Positions 47,197 to 55,320 of a stretch of 64,000 nucleotides of DNA are shown piece by piece. Where the stretch lies: the IMG/VR virus record IMGVR_UViG_3300031841_003468, positions 1 through 64,000 of that record. One strand, written 5' to 3'. How positions within the stretch are numbered: position 1 is the stretch's first letter; each line of letters opens with the position of its first letter. Position numbers and translations under genes: made by a program. Under the pieces are notes generated by a model that was not told where the DNA came from, did no database searches, and saw only the letters and a program-made list of their open reading frames with translations. This stretch comes from a virus.

Positions 47197-47388
47197 TTAT
47201 TCTTCTCCTTCTTTACTCTTCTTTAATGCTTTTGCTTTTAATGCTTCTAGTTCCTGCTCTAATAAGAACATTTCCTTTTCAGCGGTTCTTTTTCTACGAG
47301 ACAACACCTTGCGTTGTTCACGTCTTTTTTGGTGTTCTCTTTGTCTTTTGATTTGTTTCTTCTGTTTCTTTTTCGCTTTGTTATTCAT
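47197..47388 (-). CDS. Small Lys/Arg-rich protein
   Basis: 63 aa highly basic ORF, AAGGA RBS. Confidence 0.5.
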   Translation of the reverse strand: MNNKAKKKQKKQIKRQREHQKRREQRKVLSRRKRTAEKEMFLLEQELEALKAKALKKSKEGEE

Positions 47389-47418
47389 AATTATATATCC
47401 TTGTGGAAGTTTATCTAC

Positions 47419-47832
47419 TTAACCAATTTTAATTTCTTTAGGTTTTTTGTCTTCCGGGACGAAGTACTTCAGTACAATCTTTAGCAGCCCATCAATCATG
47501 TGAGCTCCTTCGACTTCCCAGTATTTAGGTATCATAAACTTCTTAACGAACTGCCTGTCAGCAATACCTTTATGTAGGTATTCAAATGCTGTAGACTGTT
47601 CATCAGCCTTGGTGTAGCTAATTGTTAAGCAGTTATTCTCAACAACTATCTTCAAGTCCTTCTTCTTTAATCCTGCAAGTGCCATCTCTACTGCAATAGT
47701 ATCGTCAGCTAACTTAATAATGTTGTGTGGTGGGTAACTCTGATTAGAGATCTTCTTTAGATCTTCAAACCAATCATCGAACCCTACTGTAAATGGCGAT
47801 AGCCAAGTTCTTAAAGTTTCTTTTTTATTCAT
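47419..47832 (-). CDS. Hsp20/IbpA small heat-shock protein
   Basis: GFD, YPPHNI, EMALAG, YLHKGIADRQF, DGLLKI, PEDKKPKEI. Confidence 0.92.
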   Translation of the reverse strand: MNKKETLRTWLSPFTVGFDDWFEDLKKISNQSYPPHNIIKLADDTIAVEMALAGLKKKDLKIVVENNCLTISYTKADEQSTAFEYLHKGIADRQFVKKFMIPKYWEVEGAHMIDGLLKIVLKYFVPEDKKPKEIKIG

Positions 47833-47905
47833 AATGCTCTCCTTTAATAAGCAAGTTGTAGAATACGCCCATTTAGGCACGCCTCCCACAAAGATATATA
47901 AATAA

Positions 47906-48208
47906 TTATTTACTTAGTAGTGCGATAGTAAATATACTATCGAAGTATTTAGTGACCCTGTTTTTGAAGCGGATCGCAACTTCTGGAAGTGTTAGTTCTA
48001 CAAAAGCGTATTTCTCTTTTACAGTAACTCTTCCTGTTATCATTATAGTGCCAAAGCGAGATTGAAACACAATAATATTGTTTTGTTTTGTTATTAACAG
48101 GTCTTTGCCCTTGAACTTAGTATTTATTTTATCTAAGCTTTTGGTCACCTGATTCATTGCTTCATGCTGTGACCATCCATGATCGTAACATTGGTTTATA
48201 GTTAACAT
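47906..48208 (-). CDS. Polyhydroxyalkanoic-acid-system (PHA granule region)-like protein
   Basis: I-x4-H-x-W-x3-EA start, ITGRVTV...VELTLP; size 100 aa. Confidence 0.45.
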   Translation of the reverse strand: MLTINQCYDHGWSQHEAMNQVTKSLDKINTKFKGKDLLITKQNNIIVFQSRFGTIMITGRVTVKEKYAFVELTLPEVAIRFKNRVTKYFDSIFTIALLSK

Positions 48209-48220
48209 TTCTCTTCTCCA

Positions 48221-49438
48221 TTATTTCCAGCCTCTTAGTAGTTGTCGGTAACCGTTTTCCCCCAAAAAACCCTTTACCTGTCTCTCAGAGTAACGTTGAC
48301 CCAGTAGGTATCTCGTTAGTCTATTTAACTGCGAAGCGTCTTGTATCTCATCTGGTGGGTCTGTGAAGCCATCTAGGTCTGAGCCTAAGGCAGGAACCTC
48401 TTCGCCACCATGTTTAATAATATGATTAATTGTTCGTTCTATATACTTAAGTCCAAGTGGAGTATCAATAGGGCTAATCCAGTAATTCATTAGGATTACA
48501 CCAAGAGTACATCCATGATCTCTAAACCATCCTAGTTCAGAGTTAGTCAAGTTGTATGGGTCAGGGTTGATATCAAAACATCCACCATGACTATTGATAA
48601 CACAGCTATCTTTCTTCTTGCTATCTACTATTTCATATACCTGCTGTCGTGCAAGTGGAGTACAGTGAGCAATATCGACAATCATGCCGAGATCAAGCAT
48701 CTCTTCAACGATGACTCTACCATACTCAGTAAGTCCTCTTGTGTGATCCCAATAATCAAACAAGACTTGTTTATCTGAATGCTTGAAAGCATATTCAGGA
48801 TAAGGGAATACTGGTTGCCCAGTAATGTTCGGGTAGAAGTGTTGAAGTGTAAGATAGGCAACTCCACGATCCTTGAAGTGTCTCAAGTTTGCAATCGCTT
48901 CGTCTAGCATCTCTTGGTTGGTTTGCTCATGGAAGAACTCTTCTTCTTTACCGCACACAGTATGCTGTAAAGCGTGAGCTCCCTCGATAGCATGAACAAA
49001 AGCCATCCTCTGTTTATTGTCTGTACTACGAAGCTCTTCAGGTGTCTTACAAACTACAGCGTCAAAGGATTCATCTGACACAGCCAGTTTGTCTTCCAAC
49101 CAATCAAGTTGCATGTTATAAGCTTCAAAGTAAGTAGGATCGGCAATCCGTTGTCTGGTTTTTTTGGATAGCTTAACTAAGAAGCCAGCTAAACCAATAT
49201 GTTCGTACCATCCTGCTTCGGGTATAAATGCAGTATTAAGAACAACATTATAACCACCTTCTTTGAGTTTAGGTAAAGTGTTTCTGGCACTCAACGGCTG
49301 GAAGCCCTCAAGAAACCATTTTGAAAACATCTTTAACTTGCTACCATCAAGCTCTCTGCCATACATGTATGACTTAAGAGCAATGTGGTTATGCCAGTCA
49401 AGAACCAGTGAGTTATTATGAAATTCTTTATAGTCCAT
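48221..49438 (-). CDS. Membrane/renal dipeptidase (peptidase M19, amidohydrolase)
   Basis: DWHNH, IEGAH, YLTLQH, GLTEYG, VDIAH, NSH, LGSDLDG. Confidence 0.85.
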   Translation of the reverse strand: MDYKEFHNNSLVLDWHNHIALKSYMYGRELDGSKLKMFSKWFLEGFQPLSARNTLPKLKEGGYNVVLNTAFIPEAGWYEHIGLAGFLVKLSKKTRQRIADPTYFEAYNMQLDWLEDKLAVSDESFDAVVCKTPEELRSTDNKQRMAFVHAIEGAHALQHTVCGKEEEFFHEQTNQEMLDEAIANLRHFKDRGVAYLTLQHFYPNITGQPVFPYPEYAFKHSDKQVLFDYWDHTRGLTEYGRVIVEEMLDLGMIVDIAHCTPLARQQVYEIVDSKKKDSCVINSHGGCFDINPDPYNLTNSELGWFRDHGCTLGVILMNYWISPIDTPLGLKYIERTINHIIKHGGEEVPALGSDLDGFTDPPDEIQDASQLNRLTRYLLGQRYSERQVKGFLGENGYRQLLRGWK

Positions 49439-49439
49439 T

Positions 49440-49751
49440 TTAGCTACCTGTAAATCCCTTGATCTTTTCTAGAATACCACCCAGTCCACCTAGATTAGAT
49501 AGTCCACCGCTTGAAACGATGAAATAAATAGCGATACCTAAGCCTAACAAGAACACGAGCCATTTTCTTTTTTGAGCTACTGCCTTAGCCTTCTCTGTTA
49601 GTTCAGCGATCTTAGCTAGACGGTATTCTCTCTTCTCATTTTTCTTGTTTGAGCGATCTTCTTTTCTTTGTTCTTTTGCGTCTTCCTTAGTAGAAACTTC
49701 ACCTTCTACTACTTCTACATCTTTGTTTTTTCGTTTTCCAAATAATGGCAT
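49440..49751 (-). CDS. Membrane protein with charged N-terminus
   Basis: MPLFGKRK start; C-terminal TM. Confidence 0.55.
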   Translation of the reverse strand: MPLFGKRKNKDVEVVEGEVSTKEDAKEQRKEDRSNKKNEKREYRLAKIAELTEKAKAVAQKRKWLVFLLGLGIAIYFIVSSGGLSNLGGLGGILEKIKGFTGS

Positions 49752-49876
49752 TATGCACATCCTTCTATTAAAATTGATATCCCGGCCAATATAATAATCA
49801 ACCCAACCAGAGCGTAAGCTCCTAAACATTGATTCCCAGCACTTGGATCGCCGCCGTTACAAAAACAGCGGTGCAT
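49751..49876 (-). CDS. Small membrane peptide (41 aa, not in ORF track)
   Basis: MHRCFCNGGDPSAGNQCLGAYALVGLIIILAGISILIEGCA; GGGAG RBS; TAATG coupling. Confidence 0.5.
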   Translation of the reverse strand: MHRCFCNGGDPSAGNQCLGAYALVGLIIILAGISILIEGCA

Positions 49877-49965
49877 CTTAAACACTCCCATGAGAAACAG
49901 TGGTTGCCTAATATATTATACACTGGAAATGGGAAAAAGTCACGGGTTTTTTGTAAAAAAATACC

Positions 49966-49998
49966 AAAAAAAATAGGGGGCAGATTGCTCTACCCCCT
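49966..49998 (-). terminator. Intrinsic terminator
   Basis: AGGGGGTAGA-GCAA-TCTGCCCCCT-ATTTTTTTT. Confidence 0.85.
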
Positions 49999-50140
49999 TA
50001 GATTGTTTACTTCGTTCTGTCCTTTATGGCTGATGTTATCATCCCTGTGCAAGATATAATAGTTATACAAACCCAGATTACAATATTAACAGTCACATTA
50101 CAAGTCATATAGACCCTCCTAAACTAAGTAATAAACAATA

Positions 50141-50569
50141 CTATTGTACGTCTGCAAGTAGTTCACTGGAAGATTGTGTCTTACCTCCTCCTACGTTGTA
50201 AGCAGTCTCGACATCGTTCTTTGCACAGTATACTTCCTCTGGAGTGTTACCGGCAACTCTATCTCCACCATTAGCAAAGATAACAGTTTCAACTTCGTCT
50301 CCTGCATGTTCAACAATCATAGCCAGACTTTCTACAACTGTCCCATCTTTATCAATAGAGACAACTGCTGCGTCTACTGCCGAAAGTGACTCAACAATTC
50401 TTGTCCTGTCCTCAGCATTCATAAATGGAACACTTCCTTTGATCTTAACCTGATCGTCATTGTTAACAATAACTATTAAGTAGTCCCCAAGTTCTTTGGC
50501 TGCTTCGATATAATCTAAATGTCCACAGTGTAGGGGATTGAAGTATCCTGAAATAACTACTAGCTTCAT
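50141..50569 (-). CDS. Cytidylyltransferase-family protein (TagD/RfaE-II-like)
   Basis: SGYFNPLHCGH (HxGH), LIVIVNND, FANGGDR, GGKTQSSS. Confidence 0.9.
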   Translation of the reverse strand: MKLVVISGYFNPLHCGHLDYIEAAKELGDYLIVIVNNDDQVKIKGSVPFMNAEDRTRIVESLSAVDAAVVSIDKDGTVVESLAMIVEHAGDEVETVIFANGGDRVAGNTPEEVYCAKNDVETAYNVGGGKTQSSSELLADVQ

Positions 50570-50696
50570 TGTGATTTTCCTTGAGTATGCTTATGAATAT
50601 CCTCGACTAATACTACCAACATTATACCCCACAGAAGTTCCTGTGGTACGATAAAAGGTAGGCCTAATGCTAAAGTATAGCCAATGATTCTAAACA

Positions 50697-50930
50697 TTAT
50701 TTAATAGTCCAAAATTTGAATTTATTTAATCGCTTCGGTTTATCGTCACCCATTAACTTATCTTCAAAGTCTTTATATTGATGCCATCCAGTATTCTTGA
50801 AATCAGGCACTGGTGGCTCACAATCCAATTCCTCATGAACGTGAAACATCTGCTCAGCCGGGATCTTAAAGTCCGACTTAGCAAATGGATTAAAGGGTAG
50901 TAATAAACCTAGCAGTAATAAAGTCTTCAT
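50697..50930 (-). CDS. Hypothetical protein with signal-peptide-like N-terminus
   Basis: MKTLLLLGLLLPF; AGGAG RBS. Confidence 0.5.
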   Translation of the reverse strand: MKTLLLLGLLLPFNPFAKSDFKIPAEQMFHVHEELDCEPPVPDFKNTGWHQYKDFEDKLMGDDKPKRLNKFKFWTIK

Positions 50931-50966
50931 AGCTGTCTCCTATAAAAGTTTATTATAACTAGTAAG

Positions 50967-51315
50967 TGGACGTGGAGGGAGTTGCACCCTCGTCTCTCAT
51001 GTCTCCTTGTTAACATTCTACGTACATAGTCTCGTGTTATCGCACACAAGCCCAAGCTAAGATAGTTTGACTATCAACAGCCTCAATACATGTAGGAGGC
51101 ATCAACCTGTTTGTCCTCAGGTGGAGCAAGCCAAATACGTCTTGGCAACGTCACTCATTGGGTAACAAGGCCGAGTGAAGCCCCTGCCGCCTAAGCAGCT
51201 AGTGAGAAGTTCTTTTCTGCACTTAAAAGTTTTGGTCAAGTTTTATAGTGGCCTCTTGACCAACCACTATACGCAGTTAACAGTTACAACACAGATCGAA
51301 TCTAGTGTCACGCCC
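50967..51315 (-). ncRNA. ssrA: tmRNA, tag (A)AEKNFSLAA*
   Basis: Acceptor GGGCGTG/CACGTCC-A with G3:U70; 5' GATTCGA; pk1; resume context TTAAGT-GCA; tag ORF 51191-51220; T-arm GAGGG-TGCAACT-CCCTC. Confidence 0.95.
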
Positions 51316-51320
51316 GTAAG

Positions 51321-51393
51321 AGCTTCGAGTGGGAGTCGAACCCACAACCTCATCATTACTAATGATGTGCTCTGCCGATTGAGCTATCGAAGC
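51321..51393 (-). tRNA. tRNA-Thr(AGU)
   Basis: Full cloverleaf; anticodon arm CATCA-TTAGTAA-TGATG. Confidence 0.92.
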
Positions 51394-51406
51394 AACAGCT
51401 TTGTTC

Positions 51407-51661
51407 TTACTCTATACACATTTCGCATCTACATCCCTCAGTGCATCCTTGTAGCTCGCAACAACTACAACACGCTTGGTTAGTGCTTTTGTGCGTATGT
51501 CTAATGGGTGTGGTAATTGCCCCTGCCCCATCTTGGCTCGCATACATGTTAAATAATAAATCCATCGAGACCATAATAAACATACTAGTAAAACAAAACA
51601 AAATAATAATGGTAAGCTGTTCAGTCGCTGTCAATTTTCCCGATTCACTTGCCATTATCAT
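51407..51661 (-). CDS. TM protein with Cys-rich (metallothionein-like) tail
   Basis: TM helix; CCSCCELQGCTEGCRCEMC. Confidence 0.5.
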   Translation of the reverse strand: MIMASESGKLTATEQLTIIILFCFTSMFIMVSMDLLFNMYASQDGAGAITTPIRHTHKSTNQACCSCCELQGCTEGCRCEMCIE

Positions 51662-51920
51662 GTTTCCAATCTAAGTTATTCCATATTTCCCTGAACCTTG
51701 CCCAAGTCTTAAGAGATTCTTCTTTTGCTACCTTCCTTAAGTAGTCTTCTTCAACCTCTTCTCTGATCTTTACAGTAGTATATATTGTATCTGCTTCAGA
51801 CCTGACTTGATCCAGTTCTTTCCTTAACTCTGTATTATTATACAACATAGTGCATAAATTTGCAACACTAAAAAGCAACAATACACAAATTAATATGGTA
51901 TTTCTTGATGTTTTATTCAT
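51645..51920 (-). CDS. Single-TM coiled-coil protein
   Basis: N-terminal TM then heptads. Confidence 0.5.
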   Translation of the reverse strand: MNKTSRNTILICVLLLFSVANLCTMLYNNTELRKELDQVRSEADTIYTTVKIREEVEEDYLRKVAKEESLKTWARFREIWNNLDWKHDNGK

Positions 51921-51949
51921 ACTTCCTTCTCCCTTTCTGAATAATATAG

Positions 51950-52022
51950 TACCCCGTAGGAGAATCGAACTCCTGTTTTCGGCGTGAAAAGCCGATGTCC
52001 TAGTCCACTAGACGAACGGGGC
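51950..52022 (-). tRNA. tRNA-Glu(UUC)
   Basis: Anticodon arm TCGGC-TTTTCAC-GCCGA; full cloverleaf. Confidence 0.93.
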
Positions 52023-52098
52023 ATTTGTTGACCTGAGTCACACAGGTCTGAGGTTGTCGTTTATTTATGAGATTCTATACCTCTAATGTACATCTCAG

Positions 52099-52170
52099 AG
52101 CGACAGGAGGGGATCGAACCCTCGACATTCACGTTGGCAACGTGATGCTCTACCGCTGAGCTACTATCGC
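52099..52170 (-). tRNA. tRNA-Gly(GCC)
   Basis: Anticodon arm TCACG-TTGCCAA-CGTGA; U73. Confidence 0.93.
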
Positions 52171-52199
52171 TTAGGGAAAGTGAGATGGTGGCGAACCCA

Positions 52200-52352
52200 T
52201 CAATCACGACCGTCGTCGTTACTCTCACGCCTATTTGAGTCACCTTCGTTTGTATCATGTCGAGGCCAGTTTACAATCTGTTCGATTGTTCGTCTGCATC
52301 CAGTGCACACACCATTTACTAAGGCACATTTGCCAGTACAAGGTGAATCCAT
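52200..52352 (-). CDS. DUF1289-like small Cys protein (50 aa, not in ORF track)
   Basis: MDSPCTGKCALVNGVCTGCRRTIEQIVNW matches SPCxxxC...CxGCxRTxxxIxxW; AGGA RBS. Confidence 0.75.
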   Translation of the reverse strand: MDSPCTGKCALVNGVCTGCRRTIEQIVNWPRHDTNEGDSNRRESNDDGRD

Positions 52353-52464
52353 TACTATCCTGAACCTCAACATTTGTATAAAGAGTTTGCCGCCAGAGGG
52401 GAGTAAACTTGCTACACACGGTCATAACAAGGTATTTGGCGAAGGTGACGACAAACTCGTTGTA

Positions 52465-52941
52465 TTATAGTTTCTTACGGTGGCTGTGAGTTGGAGTCTG
52501 GCTGTGACAATTAGGACATAAGTACCTTAAGTTCTCAGGTCGGTTGTCAACCGGGCTTCCATTGATGTGGTCTATCTCAAGTGTTATGGCTTTGCCAAGC
52601 CACACACCATCTATTCCACACCACTCACATTCGTAGTCTCGGCCAATTTCATCAAGTGCTCTAACTAATCTAGCTCTTGAGTCCTTGCGTCCATTAAGCC
52701 TGTTGTTAACAAGGACTGCTTCGGCTGGTAGTCTGTTGTTTGCTACCTTACCTTTGTTGTGTCCTTGTCCAGTAAAATGGCTAGTATCTATACCAAACTC
52801 TTTGGCCTTCTTCTTGAGGTGATGAACTGATCCACCACCAAGTTTCAAACCTAAGTGACCAAGTACTTGAGCCCATGAGGTTGATTTATTTATTACCTCT
52901 TGAAGTTCTTCCTTAGTTCGTCTGTTATAGTTTCTTGTCAT
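52465..52941 (-). CDS. HNH endonuclease in tRNA cluster
   Basis: CEWCG...LEIDHING...DNRPENLRYLCPNCHSQT. Confidence 0.9.
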   Translation of the reverse strand: MTRNYNRRTKEELQEVINKSTSWAQVLGHLGLKLGGGSVHHLKKKAKEFGIDTSHFTGQGHNKGKVANNRLPAEAVLVNNRLNGRKDSRARLVRALDEIGRDYECEWCGIDGVWLGKAITLEIDHINGSPVDNRPENLRYLCPNCHSQTPTHSHRKKL

Positions 52942-52955
52942 AGTACTTTCCTTAG

Positions 52956-53038
52956 TACCCGCAGAAGGACTCGAACCTTCACGCCTCTCGGCATATGATC
53001 CTAAATCATACGTGTCTACCTGATTCCACCATGCGGGC
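52956..53038 (-). tRNA. tRNA-Leu(UAG)
   Basis: Anticodon arm TATGA-TTTAGGA-TCATA; long variable arm GCC-GAGA-GGC; A73. Confidence 0.93.
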
Positions 53039-53089
53039 TTACAAGAGACCTTTTTTGGACTTGTCTAGGTCACGCTATATTATCTGGTT

Positions 53090-53377
53090 TTATGTTGGGT
53101 CAGGACGACCAGCTTTTTCGTCCTGTCGGCCATTGTCATAACCATCATCAAACCCGGCTCCATATCCATCCCAATACATTTGGTTGTCTATTTTAACGAG
53201 CACGCCATGTAGGTTATAGACTTCTTTTCTCAGTTCATGGTTTGCATCTTCCAAACCTCTGTTCTCAAACATTATAGTAATGAGTGAGAGAAAAAGCACA
53301 ACGTTTGCTAAGAAACTAAAGTTCTTTTTCAGGAATTGTCCGGCAAATCCCACTGACAAAAGGGGCGACGGTTTCAT
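53090..53377 (-). CDS. Single-TM protein
   Basis: TM helix; GYxxGFxxGYxxG repeat. Confidence 0.5.
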   Translation of the reverse strand: MKPSPLLSVGFAGQFLKKNFSFLANVVLFLSLITIMFENRGLEDANHELRKEVYNLHGVLVKIDNQMYWDGYGAGFDDGYDNGRQDEKAGRPDPT

Positions 53378-53715
53378 TAAAACGCCGCTGCTGCTTCGAC
53401 CTTAACAGCCTTAGCAACCCGATTAGGAACCAACACGAAACGACTACGCTTCTTACCAGTTTCCTTATCTTCCCAAGTCTTCTCTTGAAGACGACCAGTC
53501 AAAACAACACGGTCACCTTTGCTTAGGTTTACACCTTCGCAATAGTCTGCTTGATAACCCCAAGCATTGACATCAAAGAAAGCAGTTTCTTGCTTGTCTT
53601 GACCCATGTAGTGGTTAACGGCGATGCGGAACTCAGCTACTTTGCTGTCTTTTGCTCCAACTGTCTTGATTTCTGGTTCGGCAACTACGTTACCTTCAAA
53701 GTGTACGAAATTCAT
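53377..53715 (-). CDS. ssb: Single-stranded DNA-binding protein (second copy)
   Basis: GNVVAEPE, FRIAVN, FFDVNAWG, KGDRVVLTGRL, WEDKETGKKRS. Confidence 0.92.
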   Translation of the reverse strand: MNFVHFEGNVVAEPEIKTVGAKDSKVAEFRIAVNHYMGQDKQETAFFDVNAWGYQADYCEGVNLSKGDRVVLTGRLQEKTWEDKETGKKRSRFVLVPNRVAKAVKVEAAAAF

Positions 53716-53813
53716 ATTGAATCTCCTTCTAAAAAAAATGTTGTATGTACTTTGATGTTTACTTAGCGATTGTTGTCAACCTAACTTTAGCGTACATACT
53801 AAGCTAAAATGTT

Positions 53814-54122
53814 TTATACTGCGAGTACCTGTCGTACTCGTCCACGAAGCACCTGTGCATTTCCACGATTGGTTCGTGTCAAGAATGCATCTAGCAGGTT
53901 AGCCTGCAGGGTACTGCTCATGCCTAGCTTCTTAGCTGCGTCACGGGTTCGGACGTTACCTTGAACAAGGCCATTGTATCTTGCTACTGCCACGATTGGG
54001 TTGTAGACATGTCCACGATTCCGGCCATTGCGAGCGACACCAACAATCTTACCGTTGCGTACTTCCCAGCTATAAGCCTTCTTTGTTTCGTTCAGTGCCA
54101 TTAAAAATTGTAGTTGATTCAT
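53814..54122 (-). CDS. Hypothetical basic protein
   Basis: 102 aa, AAAGGAG RBS. Confidence 0.6.
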   Translation of the reverse strand: MNQLQFLMALNETKKAYSWEVRNGKIVGVARNGRNRGHVYNPIVAVARYNGLVQGNVRTRDAAKKLGMSSTLQANLLDAFLTRTNRGNAQVLRGRVRQVLAV

Positions 54123-54293
54123 GATTGTCTCCTTTAGTTTAGTTCCTGAATCGCTTCTCGTAATTGTTTGAGCTCACGCTCGTTCATTTTCCTAAGACCC
54201 TTTTCGAGCATATCATTATCCAGACTCTTGAGTAATACGAGGGTTTGAATAATAGAATGTTCTTTAGTTAGAGGTCTCCCAAGTTTTGTTTCA

Positions 54294-54749
54294 TTAGACA
54301 TGTTCCTCAACCTTAGCTTTCTTTACCATTAGTAGTTTATGAGGATTCTTAACCATGACTCCAGTGATGCTGTAGCCGTTTGGTTTTCCCATATATAGTA
54401 ACTCAATCGGGCCACTGCTACCAAGTCTTTTCTTCCACTTACGGACTTTTACGCCACAGTTATCTGCACCGTCATCCCATTTGCCTACAACTTCAAAGAG
54501 ACCATAGTTACCTAAGTACATCTTCTCTTCAGCCTCATCAACTTTATTTAAGTAATATGGGCCATTGCTAGCAACTGACTTGATGATGTCGCCTCTACGT
54601 AGATCACGAAAGTCTTCGACTAAGCTATTCTTCTTTTTGAAGAACACGTATCCACATTCTTTGCACTCACTGGCTCTTGCATGAACCTGACTGCCACAAT
54701 CTGGACATCCCTTAGTTGGTGCTCCACGTTTTCTTTTCTTCTTCGCCAT
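54294..54749 (-). CDS. Zn-ribbon protein
   Basis: KGCPDCG...CKECGYVF; first gene after CGATA promoter. Confidence 0.6.
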   Translation of the reverse strand: MAKKKRKRGAPTKGCPDCGSQVHARASECKECGYVFFKKKNSLVEDFRDLRRGDIIKSVASNGPYYLNKVDEAEEKMYLGNYGLFEVVGKWDDGADNCGVKVRKWKKRLGSSGPIELLYMGKPNGYSITGVMVKNPHKLLMVKKAKVEEHV

Positions 54750-54792
54750 GTTAACAACTCCTTGTTATGGTTTAACTTTGTCTTACACACTC

Positions 54793-54820
54793 ATTATATA
54801 CTTATATCGAAAAAAGTCCA
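54793..54820 (-). promoter_or_regulatory. Promoter with CGATA spacer motif
   Basis: TGGACT-TTTTT-CGATA-TAAGTA-TATAAT. Confidence 0.7.
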
Positions 54821-54846
54821 CAGCTAATTTAGTATTTTTAGGAAAT

Positions 54847-55320
54847 TTAACCAACTAATTCCCAAATACCTTTACTGTTCTTACGATAATGCTTACACTT
54901 CTTCACCTTAATCTCATAGAAAGGCTCATTGTAAGTCTTCTCGCCGGTGTAACGATTATAAGTATCTTTGAATATTAGGTTTTTATCTTGGATGACCCAT
55001 ACCTTCTTAGCAAGGAATACATTATCCAGATCTTTGTTGAATGATGCAAAGGCATAGGATTCTGAATCAGGCTTATAGGCGAAGTGTAGTGAGTCGTACT
55101 TGAAGTTACCATCAGTCCATCCAACTCTTTTTACTTCGACCTCTATGAGCCTCTCAATGCCCTTAGGATCGTCCATAATTAAGTCACCCTTCTTATACAG
55201 TTCCTTCTCATAGGGAACATGGGTGTATCCAAACAGGTTGCTAAATATATCAATAGCTGCGTCTTTACCTGTCTGATCATTCTGTTCGTAGGATGCCCTA
55301 CTGAATGCTTTTCTTCTCAT
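54847..55320 (-). CDS. PD-(D/E)XK nuclease-like protein
   Basis: GDLI...IEVEVK. Confidence 0.55.
   Translation of the reverse strand: MRRKAFSRASYEQNDQTGKDAAIDIFSNLFGYTHVPYEKELYKKGDLIMDDPKGIERLIEVEVKRVGWTDGNFKYDSLHFAYKPDSESYAFASFNKDLDNVFLAKKVWVIQDKNLIFKDTYNRYTGEKTYNEPFYEIKVKKCKHYRKNSKGIWELVG

Noticed and set aside
52239-52449. 10-bp inverted repeat GTCACCTTCG/CGAAGGTGAC suggesting a 6S-like ncRNA
   Set aside because: Half of the interval is explained by a well-formed DUF1289-like ORF; internal pairing is weak and strand-ambiguous
52255-52467. In-frame open stretch after the HNH TAA stop (possible read-through)
   Set aside because: No recoding signal, and it overlaps the better-supported DUF1289-like frame
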